Below are positions 40,186 through 51,230 of a stretch of DNA of 64,000 bases, in pieces. Made by a program: the position numbers and the translations under genes. The notes under the pieces are model-generated. The model did not search any database and was not told the origin of the DNA. It worked only from the letters and a program-made list of their open reading frames with translations. This DNA comes from Diadema antillarum (taxonomy: Eukaryota): NCBI RefSeq assembly GCF_040938485.1, contig NW_027271238.1:1426001-1490000 (forward strand). Direction: 5' to 3'. Each line of letters opens with the position of its first letter. Position 1 is the first letter of the stretch.

Positions 40186-41652
40186 GGTACATGAAGCAAC
40201 AGCAGAGAAGCATAAAAATTCCATTGGGGTCAAGTAGAAAATTCTTCTAGGAATTTGATTGTTTACAATTTGTTTTCATTTTCCATCTGACAAGATGGCT
40301 GTATAGCCCATATTCAGCTCTACTAGCTGCCTTCCATGGGGCCAAGTTGTATGCACTTGGGGCAGACCACTTCACCAGGTTATGCACCCTGTTCTTTGTG
40401 ATAAAATAAAATGAACGAAGCCGGACCTTTACAAGTATGGGCTTTAACTCTTTCACACATGGGAACTCCATTCCCTGTCTTGTCTGTGGGACAGTATCTT
40501 GTAGTGGCCAAAATGAATGAGTGTTGGAGTCAAAAACTGAATGAAGAGTGCCCCACAAAATTTAAATGGTGCTAATGGTGTCTGTATTTTAATTCTTTCT
40601 TGTTATGATATGGATCAGAAACTCATTGTACAAATGTTCCTTCTGATATTCATTATTTCATTGCTTGGATGTCTCTCTCTATAAACCTATAAGCAGTTGC
40701 AAAAGTGATTAAACAAAATAAAAAGAATCACTATTCAACAATACCAAAGAGCCTGCCCATTGATATGTTTCAAAGGAAGCATCCTCTTGAGAAGTGCTAT
40801 GTAAATTATGACATAGGAGAGAAAAGGGCAAAAAGCCTAAAACACTCCCCTTCAACCACCCCATGAGAAATCACACACACTACACACATGCAACACACAC
40901 TCACATGCACACACACACACACACACACACAAATATTGAAAGCAAAAGTCATAACACAAGAGAACTATGACATATAAAAACAGAAAATACTTGTATTGAA
41001 CTTCACATACCTCTTATCCCTTCATACTCTGTGTATTGCCACATGGATCACAAAATCTTTTTTCCATCGTTTCATCTCTGGTGTTCCAGAGAGAGGGGGT
41101 GGATAAGCATAAGAAAGTCATGTTGCGGGTTGATGTTCCACAGTGTGGAGCAATCATATAGTGGGCAGCATAATGACTTCTACCACTTTTGCAACATTCA
41201 TATCTGGCTAATACATGTACACCAGTGCCGTATATAAAGAGAGTCTGGACAACTGCTACATTGGACATCATGTCATTTCTCAGCGTATTATGCCTTAGAG
41301 GGTTTGTGAGTACGCTCAGACATCATAATGAGAGCAAAGCAAAATAAAGGGTAGTTAACAATGTGAATGGGCACTGCATGTGAGCGCAAATTTGGTAATG
41401 ATATGGCTCCACGAATATAACAAGACCAGTTTTGACCAATCTTAGGCTTCAGAACTCATAAGTCAAAAACAGAGTTGGCCAGATTCTCTTTATATACGAA
41501 TCTGATGTACACCAGTGCAGGGATGCCAGCCTTCTATTAAAAATGGTATTGCAGTATTTCACAAAAAAAAAACAAAACAAAACAAAACAAAACTACAATG
41601 GACATGTGTCATAATACAATTTGATATGAAACAGTATTTTCTATGAAATGTA

Positions 41653-41658
41653 TTTATT
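41653..41658 (-). promoter_or_regulatory. Candidate polyadenylation signal of PRKRIP1
   Basis: AATAAA on the - strand, ~1.44 kb after the stop codon. Confidence 0.4.
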
Positions 41659-41991
41659 TCTCACATGATGTTTCACACTTATTTACAACTCACAAGCTCT
41701 TAAAGTAAATATTTGTTTACCATACAACTTGCATGCTTTGGGAAAAGATGAAGGCCTACAACTTGACTTGCTGTAGATGTTCTTTATAAGCCATGGAGAT
41801 ATATCCATTGGTTTAAATTCATGCAAACTGCGGTGTCATAAGTTATCATACATGAATACAAGATTCTGAAGTCACCTGAACAAAACATACTATTGTTTTG
41901 GGGGGTTTTTTGCCAAACAAAAATCAGCATAACCCCAGTCTTAGCTTCAAACTGGTATCAAGTGAACCTGCTGCCTTTTGCCACCCTTTAA

Positions 41992-42076
41992 CCCGTTGAG
42001 GACAGTTTGATTTTGCTTCAACATGCATTTCCCATAGACGCTTGTCCGAGTATACTTGGGACTCGTCCTCAACGGG
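41992..42076. mobile_element. 85-bp piggyBac-type MITE (copy A)
   Basis: TTAA|CCCGTTGAGGAC...GTCCTCAACGGG|TTAA. Confidence 0.85.
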
Positions 42077-42349
42077 TTAAAACCCTTCATGTTTGACACA
42101 CACATTGGAGTGCTCTCTCTGCCAACAACTGGCAAATTCGTCTAGAAAGTAATTGTCAAAGAAAAGAAATGACCTTTTTCTCCTAATCTCTCCAATCATG
42201 TCACCAAGGCCTTCTTGAGGCACAATGCTACATCTGAGTGGGCTTGCTAACTTGACAACAAGGTGAAGTTTTTTCAAATTGTCCATCAGTTGCAATAGGT
42301 TAAGTTTGGGTGGATTGCTGATGTGGATGAAAAGTGCCTGGCATGTTAC

Positions 42350-42434
42350 CCCGTTGAGGACGAGTCCCGAGTATACTCGGGCAAGTGTCTATGGGAAATG
42401 CGTGTTGAAGCAAAATCAGTCTGTCCTCAATGGG
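42350..42434. mobile_element. 85-bp piggyBac-type MITE (copy B, inverted relative to A)
   Basis: TTAC|CCCGTTGAGGAC...GTCCTCAATGGG|TTAA; 78/85 identical to the reverse complement of copy A. Confidence 0.85.
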
Positions 42435-43093
42435 TTAAGCTAAGTGCTTGGGCATACAACAGGTAAAAAGATTAAGTTAGGACTGATATCTGGGGCCCAT
42501 GCTTAGCCTTATGATACAATTTCAGGTATCAGAGCTGTGTGAAAACTAAAAAAAAAAACTGTCCTGTAGAGGGCAGTCTCCACATATGACACGCTGGGGA
42601 CTCACTCTGGCTCACTGTGCAGTGGTGTAATGGGAGTGTCTCATGGTGCTTGTTTCACACCTCTCACTATTCACTGTCTACACTCCATCACATTTTCCAC
42701 ATTAGCGCTCTTAAATCCAGTGTGGAGGAATCTTTCACACTTCAGTCGTGATGAGGTCTTGCATCTCACTTTTTGGTCACTATCACCTCCACCACCATCA
42801 TCATCAGCATCATCTTCAATCCATGATGATATCAGCCATGCTGTACTACATCACGAGACTAACTTTCCTGGTATCAATCTCCGTGCAACAGGAAGAGTAA
42901 GAATTCAAGTGGAAAACAAAATTAAAAATCTGCCTCTCAACTCATTCACGCTAAACCTTCCGTCAAACATCATCTGCACCTGAGCCTAGTAGGTATCTCT
43001 CATCGAGTGTCTTGGCACAATGTATTGCTGTTGAGATACCAAAGTTTCTACAGCTCTTGTCAAAGACAAGATACCAAGTCCCCCGGGCATCCA

Positions 43094-43215
43094 TCACCTT
43101 CCTCCAATCACAAAGCAGTTCTCTTCGGCATCATCTCCCTGATCGTCATCCTTCTCGTCCTCGTCCTCATCACTGTCGTCACTAGCATCTTCCCCTGCTT
43201 CTGCCTTCTTTTTTG
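43094..43215 (-). CDS. PRKRIP1: PRKR-interacting protein 1 homolog, terminal coding exon (122 bp incl. stop)
   Basis: CAG|CAAAAAAG...AGGTGA; encodes (A)KKKAEAGEDASDDSDEDEDEKDDDQGDDAEENCFVIGGR*. The acidic tail ending F-x-x-G-G-R resembles human ...PSFTMGR. Confidence 0.88.
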
Positions 43216-43696
43216 CTGTCAGCAGAAGCAAACAAGATGACACCAGCTCAACAAACAAACATTATATTGAGGATAATAGACCAGGGCAAAGAATGAGAAC
43301 AAATTCTAAATATATCTCTTTTTTAAAAATCATGTTTTGTATAATAAGTATTAATTTACATTCATTTAACATAGCTGAGGATCACATTGAGGCCCTTACG
43401 TCTTTTTTTCTTTATTAGCTTTTGCTTCTTTCGGTTTTTCTGTCGATTTCAGAAAGCCACTTGCTCTACTGCACTCTGTTCAAAGCAAGTACTGCTGCCA
43501 TGTGTTATCTCATCGACTACTCAAGCTGATGCAAATTAGGAACAAAGAGAACTTTGTGTTTATTCAGATTTTTCCATTTAGTTTTTTTTTTTTATTGCAA
43601 CTGATTGACAAATTACCATTCATCGATGTAAATAAACACTAACTATCTCGCATTTCATTCGTAGCCATTATTAAAATTACGGGCATACTATACACT

Positions 43697-43832
43697 GGTT
43701 GGACTCAAACCAATGACCTTCTTATTGATAAACAGGCGATATATCCACTATGGCTATCGGGTGGAAGCTTGATAGTCTAGTAGACACAAAGCCTGCCTAG
43801 TAATCAGGAGAATGTTGGTTTGAGTTCAACCC
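43697..43832. repeat. Divergent pair of degenerate tRNA-like sequences (SINE-like head)
   Basis: - strand unit 43757-43697 with A-box-like TAGCCATAGTGG and B-box-like GGTTTGAGTCC; + strand unit 43767-43832 with TAGTCTAGTAG and GGTTTGAGTTC. Confidence 0.5.
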
Positions 43833-44167
43833 AAGAATGTGTGCCCATGATTTTTCATCATGGCTACTACTAAAACACTGGATAATTGGCATTAATTTAT
43901 GTAGATGAAGGTCAATTTGTCAATCAGTTGCAACTTTGAGCTTCATATGCTGATTAAAATGTTGTGATATTCATGTTAATTCCACATCAACATGATAACA
44001 GCTATCAGAAATCTACCTCTTGCAAATAATAGCAGAGACTGGTAAAGACTCACACAGTTTTACCTAAGTGCACTGATGTGTACTGGATAATATTGTCATA
44101 TTTCTACCAACTTCTTCAAATTAAAGTCATGCAGGGGAGAAGTTTTCTGGCTTAATTTCAATCTCAC

Positions 44168-44226
44168 CCTTTTCTTCTTCCTCCATTTTTTTCTTCTTTG
44201 CTTTCATCTTCTGCTTCTGCTTCTGT
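44168..44226 (-). CDS. PRKRIP1: PRKRIP1 coding exon 5 (59 bp)
   Basis: CAG|ACAGAAG...AAAAGG|GTGAG; encodes (R)QKQKQKMKAKKKKMEEEEK; phases join neighbouring exons. Confidence 0.88.
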
Positions 44227-44880
44227 CTGCAAAAGATAAAATATGGTACATAAATGGAATTAAATCGTTCCAAGTTGCTATTCCCACATACTATTAAAGT
44301 CACACAGAAAGACATCTAATAGGGCTGTCCAATGGTCTGAGCTTGCATGCAGTTCATAACAGATTTCATATCATTTTAAAGGAAGTTTGGATTCCCTATA
44401 TTGCCAGCAACGCTTAACTATGCCATTTATGCTTAAATGTCCCACTTTCCATCTGTGAGAATGAGACAAACATTTGCATATCGTATCTACAAGACAGGTC
44501 ATGGGGCTTACATGGTCACATTTACTCTCTCTCTCAATAAAAAGAACAAATAAAACGTCTGAAAAAAAATAAAATTAAAATGCCTTTTGCCTATAAAAAA
44601 TTAATATATCACTTTCCTGACTTTAGAATTCATTTTTGTATGTGCAAGTGACTCAATTCACATTACATATTGAAAATATCATTGTAAATTTGGGAGCCGT
44701 CATTTATGTGACTGGTCACCCTGTGAAATAGACTTCAACAACTTCACAATGCAATCAAGATTTCAACAGTGCATCATGTTCTCTGTGATGGTAAGCATTG
44801 ATGATGACTTCATTTCACTGTTTAAAAAGGGAAAAAAAATCTTATCTTGATGGACATTCGTAATAAATCAGTCAATTCAC

Positions 44881-44966
44881 CTCTTTGCTCTCTTCTTTGC
44901 TGTTCTTTCTTCTGCTGCTTTCTCATTCTGTTCCAGTTTCTCGTGGTAGGTCACGTCTTTGTCTTC
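44881..44966 (-). CDS. PRKRIP1: PRKRIP1 coding exon 4 (86 bp)
   Basis: CAG|GAAGAC...GCAAAGAG|GTGAA; encodes EDKDVTYHEKLEQNEKAAEERTAKKRAK(R). Confidence 0.92.
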
Positions 44967-45189
44967 CTGAAATGGAGAGAGGAAAATGGTGACAAGTCCA
45001 GTCTCATTTAAGTCAGTATTGAAAATGTAACCTCTGTTGTCATCAAAGATGGCATATATATCAGTGAAAAATTACATCACAATAATTGCCAGAGTACATG
45101 CATGGATAAATGAATAACTTCACAGTTTACTACTCACTGAAATGATGACAAATCAATATAGGGTAGCATTTATACTTGAATAGACACAA

Positions 45190-45700
45190 GATATTTCAAC
45201 TGAGCAGGATACAGCTGAATACGAGTCTACGATTGTCCTTCTCTATGTGGAATAAATTGCTCCCTTTCTCGGATGTCGTTTGGAGAAGTACAGCACTCAT
45301 GTTGTCTACAAGGACAACACCACCATCAGAAACCATTTGGTTAGTGTCAAAGACTCCAGGCAAACCCTCAGAAGGGATGGTATAGTCTACCAGATCCCAT
45401 GCTGAGATTATGACAAGAGTTTTAAATAATAGGTGAGACTGGCAGGCCTGTTGGGGAAAGGATATCAGAACACAGATGGGACATTACAAACCACAGGACA
45501 GAGATACATTATCTGCAGTAGCCAAGCATGCATAAAGAGCCCAACATCATCCGAACTGAGTGGGTGTGAAATGCAGACATAGCACACCACTCAGTGGTAC
45601 CCCACAAGAGTGAAGGAAGCTATCCAGATACAACCCAACAAAGGCAACATCAACAGGGTTGTAGGTTCCCTGAATCCTGGATGTGATGTATTTGCCTTCA
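45190..45700 (+). mobile_element. Penelope-like element relic (GIY-YIG endonuclease region)
   Basis: With stops and frameshifts it reads ...HVVYKDNTTIRNHLVSVKD...GIVYQIPC*...IGETGRPVGERISEH...SAVAKHA...HHPN...VKEAIQI...NINR, the PLE GIY-YIG pattern. Confidence 0.85.
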
Positions 45701-46150
45701 CCAACAGAAGGGACACCCATCCACCGCCACCAACGTTGGTGTAGACATCTCCGATGAGATCCCACCTCCGACGTCCACAAAAGAGTTGCTAAACTGGACT
45801 GTCAGCCAGCGGATACAGGATGGCGCACTGCCCGACTTGTGCAAGGAGGCAGCATGCTGCCAACTAGGTCCACAAACACGTTATAACTTATGTGCATGCA
45901 CCACCGTGTGTCATTGTAAATGCCGAAACTCAGCAGCAGCGAGTGAAACATTGTGCGTCTTACCTGTGATTTCCTCACGAGACTAACGATTACCTTTACC
46001 CCAGCATCAAAGATATCAATCCAATTCGAAGGCCTATTCTATTCAGTAACCTGCAAGACTGTTATCCATGTTCACTTTTATTCAGCAAAGTCAACAAATA
46101 GTGAAAGGATATGTGTCATTGAAAATGGATGAACAGTTATGGAAATTTAA

Positions 46151-47142
46151 CCCTAATTAGGCCGGGGGGTGGGGGGCCTCTGAGGCCCCCCCCCCCCCTC
46201 GGCATTCTGGGCGATGTATCGCTATCGCAAAAAGCTATCGCCTCGACGTTTCATAACTTTTTTCTTTCGAGTCTCCCACATCTTTTGACACCAAATTTGC
46301 GATGCCCGGGTGCGCGATTCCAAAGTTACGCATAAATATGTACATGCATGTCAGACCAAAAATTGCTCAAAAACGTGAATTTGTGTACAATTTCAAAGCA
46401 AACTGCGCTTACAGGCAAATTTCATAAAAGCATGATTATTTGGGGGTTTTATTGCAGGGGTGTATCCAGGATTTTTTCCGGGGGGGTCGTAATCAAAATT
46501 TTTGGACCTTTTTTGCGAGGGAGCGGAGCGACCGACCGGGGGAGGGTGTGGAAGGGGGGTGTCCCCCCTCCCACGGTAGGGAGTTTTTGAATTTTATATC
46601 TTAAAATGGGGCCATTTGGTGCATACAAAAGTTACTTTTTCGGCATGGCAGTGCGGCTTAGAAATAAGGTATGACATTGCCATTGAAATTAACTTACGAA
46701 ATTTACGAGGTTTTTGACAATTTGCTGGAACACCACTTGGTCACTTGTTTTTTCTTGATTGTATATAGGGTAAAAAGCCCTCCAAAAATGTCTCTTACAA
46801 AAAGTGGACCTTTTGAAAATTTGGGGGGGGGGGGGGGGGGGGGGGGGGGGTCGTACGACCCTCCCGACCCCCCCTTGCATACACCCATGTATTGATTCAA
46901 ATCAATTAATAACATATTTTCTTGTACGGAACAATGTCATGGACAAATTCAATCGAAAATTTACACAAAAAATGGGCCTGTTTTGAAATCAATTTTGTGA
47001 TTTATACCAAATAGTCCGAGGCAATGTGTGAGCCAATTTTCGTTGCGATTGCGCGATCAACGGCCGAGATCTGAAGGCCCCCCCCCCCCCCCCCCCCCCC
47101 CCCGGCTCTATCATCTACCTAAATAGCCCGGCCTAGTTAGGG
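46151..47142. mobile_element. piggyBac-type MITE (~990 bp including a nested insertion)
   Basis: TTAA|CCCTAATTAGGCCGGG ... CCCGGCCTAGTTAGGG|TTAA. Confidence 0.85.
46455..46889. mobile_element. hAT-like MITE nested in the piggyBac MITE
   Basis: Termini CAGGGGTGTATCCAGG / TTGCATACACCCATG; direct flanks TATTG on both sides. Confidence 0.7.
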
Positions 47143-47695
47143 TTAAAGTTAAACATCTTTTTATTGAAATATTGACGTCAATACATACAAATCATGTTTG
47201 CAAATTAGATGAGATCATTCATTAGCTCACAGATTCTTCACTAGTTTGCACACAAATTTCCCTAAATTTTGATTTTTTTTTTTTTTTTTTACATGAATTT
47301 GGAAAGAAGGAAATATATCCTTCCTATCTTTTCCTAGAGTTTGAAATCTCCCCAAATAATGAATTACCCCACACAAAAAGGTGTTCATGCTTGGTCAATA
47401 CCTTCCACGACTCTTTGGAAGTTTTATCATTTCAGTGTAAACCCCATAATAATGATAGTAACAAACACAGCATTTGTAATGCACCATTCATCTAGTGACC
47501 TATTACAAGGTAGGCCCTACTGAGGGACATAATTAGAGTGAGTTGAATACCTATTCAGGTGTAAAATTAATGAGAAGCGTATAAATAGCCCTATTTGTAG
47601 TCACAGGAAGAATCTCAAAATTTTTGTGAATGGGTACCATGTCTCGATGGATGACAGGTAAAAAGAAGACATGAGTAGTTCCACCACTCTCTCAC

Positions 47696-47796
47696 CTTCT
47701 CTGCTCGGTTCTGAATGTACGTCACCCTGGCCAGCTCTCGCCGTCTGTAGCCACGATAGACATGGAACTCCCCACTGCCTGCTCCAGCACTAGATC
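47696..47796 (-). CDS. PRKRIP1: PRKRIP1 coding exon 3 (101 bp)
   Basis: TAG|GATCTAGT...GAGAAG|GTGAG; encodes the family signature (G)[33 protein letters not shown]. Confidence 0.96.
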
Positions 47797-47956
47797 CTAA
47801 TGAACATACATGAAGATAAAGGCCAAACTTATTACTTGCCAAGTATAAAGGAGAAACCACTGATACATGGACAGAAGATGTCACCAATTCATTGATATAC
47901 GAGTATTCCAACGCATGGCTACTGCACATACAACCTACCACAGATAACAGAAACTA

Positions 47957-48160
47957 CTGTAAAAGTGGGAATTTGGTGAAGTTGAAATTTTCGCGATTAT
48001 TTCGCGCAACCAGAAACCAGCATGAAAATAAAACCATGTGAATATTTTTGCTTGCTTTTCTACATTTCAGTAGTTCATGTCTGTTGAGAAACTCACCTAA
48101 TACACCCCGCCGAGAAAAAAAAATGCTTATAAATGTGAAAATATCTACTTTTTAATACAG
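47957..48160. mobile_element. Degenerate CTGTAAAAGTGG MITE (copy 3)
   Basis: TA|CTGTAAAAGTGG ... TACAG|TA; internal TTTCGCGCAACCAGAAAC shared with the 10926 copy. Confidence 0.7.
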
Positions 48161-48205
48161 TATGAACATAGATTATGCAAGGTAGGATTGTTGGGGCCAT
48201 CTTAA

Positions 48206-48562
48206 AGGGGAAGGATAGTAACTGATCAGTGGGAATCAGTGGAAATGCTGGGAGATGATTGTTCCAATCCTTATGGGATTCATTCAAGAGTTCATTGTTT
48301 ATCTATTATTGTGTGAAAATGATTTGCTTCAGAACGGTCTCATATTCAAGTAATGTGCAGATTAATGCTCCGTCACTGACCAGGGACGCTAACCTGGAAG
48401 CATTAAACTGCACATCACTTGAATATGAGACCATTCTGAAGCAAATCATTTTCACACGACAATAGATATACAATGAACTCTTGAATGAATCCCATAAGGA
48501 TTGGAACAATCATCTCCCAGCATTTCCACTGATTCCCACTGATCAGTTACTAGCCTTCCCCT
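48206..48562. mobile_element. Fold-back Kolobok-type MITE, family K2 (copy 2)
   Basis: TTAA TSDs; about 6 differences from copy 1 over 357 bp by eye. Confidence 0.9.
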
Positions 48563-48566
48563 TTAA

Positions 48567-48949
48567 AGGGGGTGTACAGTACTGGTTGAGGTGGGGATTC
48601 ATGTTTTTTACATTCCTAAGTGAGATAATGAGAAACCTCTTATGAAATACGAAAGAGCATGTGATTTTAAGAAGGATTCAACGTTTATTTGATGAAAATT
48701 GGTTTTCAAATGGCTGAGATATCCAAAAAAGTGATAATAATAAAAGGCAACATGCCACAACTTTATTAGGATCTCTTTGTTTCACCTTGTTTTTGGATAT
48801 CTCAGCCACTTCAAAACCGATTTTCATCAAATAAAATTTTGATACCCCTTAGAATTGCATGCTCTTTGACATCTCATAGAGTGGTTTCTGAATATCTCAC
48901 AAAATGTTAAAAGCTAAATCCTCACCTCGACCAGAACTGTACACACCCT
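48567..48949. mobile_element. Kolobok-type MITE, family K3 (copy 1), sharing its TTAA with K2
   Basis: TTAA|AGGGGGTGTACAGTACTGG ... CCAGAACTGTACACACCCT|TCAA. Confidence 0.8.
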
Positions 48950-48996
48950 TCAAGATAATGATAAACACTTGGCAAAGGACGTAAACAAGGGCTTAA

Positions 48997-49383
48997 AGGG
49001 TGAGTACAGTTCTGGTCGAGGTGAAGATTTCGCTTTTAACGTTTTGTGAGATATTCAGAAACCACTCTATGAGATGTCAAAGAGCATGCAGTTCTAAGGG
49101 GTATCAAAAGTTTATTCGATGAAAAACGGTTTTGAAATGGCTGAGATATCCAAAAACAAGCTAGGTGAAACAAAGAGATACTAATAAAGTTGGGGCATGT
49201 CGCCTTTTATTATTAACACTTTTTTGGATATCTCAGCCATTTCAAAACGAATTTTCATCAAATAAACGTTGAATCCTTCTTAGAATTACATGCTCTTTCA
49301 TATTTCATGAGAGGCTTTTCATTATCTCACTTAGGAATGTTCAAAACATGAATCCCTTCCTCAACCAGTACTGTACAGTCCCT
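48997..49383. mobile_element. Kolobok-type MITE, family K3 (copy 2, inverted)
   Basis: TTAA|AGGGTGAGTACAGTTCTGG ... CCAGTACTGTACAGTCCCT|TTAA; reverse-complement homolog of 48567-48949. Confidence 0.8.
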
Positions 49384-49479
49384 TTAAAATGAAAGGGTTT
49401 AGCCAACCTAAATTTGATACACATAATACATGTATCAATTCAACTAACAGATAATGAAACAAAGTTCTAATTGGATTGG

Positions 49480-49595
49480 AAGAGGTTCATCGTGGTGAAG
49501 AATGAATGAAGAAAGTAATCAGTTGTCTCACGATGTGCAAACGTTGAGAGGTTGCGACGTTTCGACTGCAAACTGCTTCGTCTTCGTCTTCATTC
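49480..49595 (-). mobile_element. Possible Penelope-type terminal repeat fragment
   Basis: - strand TGAAGAC...AGTCGAAACGTCG resembles the PLE tail motif. Confidence 0.4.
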
Positions 49596-50006
49596 AAAGT
49601 TCTAATTTGCAAATTTAATGCAATCAAAAGAACAAAAACCATGCTAGCAAGTCTTGTGTAGGTAATTACAAAACCCAGAAATCAAATCTTGCCAATAATT
49701 ATGGCCTTTAGTAAATTCACATTCAAATGTCAAAACTCTAGTTTGTTGTTCATGTGGTGTAGAAAACCTTAGTCACCTGATTCTAGCATTTCAGTGTTAC
49801 TGCATCTTCAGACTTTAGAACCCATGCATACCGTACTCTTGTTTTCACTGTAAATTTTTTAATTTTTGCATTATTCATCAAATCTCAGTTTAAACTATCT
49901 ATAAATTTTAAGAATTGATGCACAACTTTTTCCACACAGTCCATATCTAGGATGAATAATGTAACTAGACCAATATTTGCTTGGTGATTGGCCTGAGGAA
50001 ACATAC

Positions 50007-50085
50007 CCATAACATCTCGCACAAATTCAGCTGGTGCTCTCGGGCTCCATTCTTTCTTTTTCTCCGGTACGTAGACAGGTTTATC
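50007..50085 (-). CDS. PRKRIP1: PRKRIP1 coding exon 2 (79 bp)
   Basis: AAG|GATAAACCT...GTTATGG|GTATG; encodes DKPVYVPEKKKEWSPRAPAEFVRDVM(G), compared with human [27 protein letters not shown]. Confidence 0.95.
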
Positions 50086-50299
50086 CTTGATCAAAAAACA
50101 AAATGAAGTAAAACTCCTTTTCAATTTCAATAAAATATACAGATATATGTAGCAGAAACCGTAATGTAAAATTGTTATCCTTAAAAATCACCTTGAATTT
50201 ACCTTGAAGTGCCAAACCTCCAGCTTTAAGTTGATAGATTGCAAAGAGTGTCAGAGTTCAGGGGCCTTTGTAGCCCATTAGTATAAACCCAAACTGGAT

Positions 50300-50820
50300 G
50301 TCCATGTTTCTGTTTTTTAATGTGAGGAGTGTTGGTGATTGGATGACATCTTCCGGGAGTTTGTTCCAACTGTCTACCACTCTCTGGCTAAAGAAGTTTT
50401 TTTCTTATGTCCAGTCCAGGGCATGCTTCTGGGAATGTCTTTGAGGACCATGGTATGTTGCTTTCTGGAAGATGGAGTTTGGGTCAATATTGTCTACATT
50501 CTATAATTGTGCCATGATGCGATAACATGCTTGAATAAAATCACCCCTCTTCCTTCTATCTTCCTGAGATGTAAGATTATGTCTCATAAGTCTGACTTTG
50601 TAGGGTAGGTTTTTCAGGCTGGGGACGAGTTTGGTGGCCCCAGGCCCCAAGCCTGCACTTTCTCAAGGACTTTTTTGTTTATCTTGGACACCAAGCCTGC
50701 ACACAGTACCCCGCGGTAATCAAACTGTGGTCTGACAAGTGACTTCTACAGAGTTTTAGGATTACATCTCTACATCTGTAAAAGTTCTTCTTGATCATTC
50801 TGAAGACTCTATTGGCTCTT
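50300..50820 (-). mobile_element. CR1-type LINE 3' relic (end of ORF2)
   Basis: Degenerate translation ...ANRVFRMIKKNF...YCVQAWCP...ATKLVPSLKNLPYKVRL...RRKRGDFIQ...FFSQRVVDSWNKLPEDVI, the typical CR1 C-terminus. Confidence 0.85.
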
Positions 50821-51230
50821 CTTTAATTCATGAAAGAAAAAAATTCTTGTTTCATCATGTTTATAAAATCACCAGATCAATTATGAAAAGAAGGAAAATA
50901 GAAGGAAATCTAGCTGATGTGTTAATAATCACATGAATCGATTGTACATTGGGTACTTGACTTGGCCTTTTTTACCAAGCTTTTCATTTTCAATTTAGCT
51001 ATTTTTGCCATACGCATATAGACCTGTAATGTTATTCGTGCAAGTCACCTGGTAGTATATTCACAACTTGGGAAAACATTGCCTTTGCATTCATAGATTA
51101 TGCCTCACAATCATGACAATAGAATAATGAAATGAAATTTGAAATTAAACAAGTTCTGGTAAAGTGGGAAATAGCCAGAAGTTTTCTCTTGAAATGGGAT
51201 TTATTTCTCTTCCATCTTTGTGGGCCTTAA

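Noticed and set aside
42630-42983. 117-aa + strand ORF and acidic-looking - strand stretch
   Set aside because: Lies in the putative PRKRIP1 3' UTR; low complexity, no supported splice sites.
43697-43832. Functional tRNA genes
   Set aside because: The boxes are degenerate and I could not draw full cloverleaves; treated as repeat-derived.
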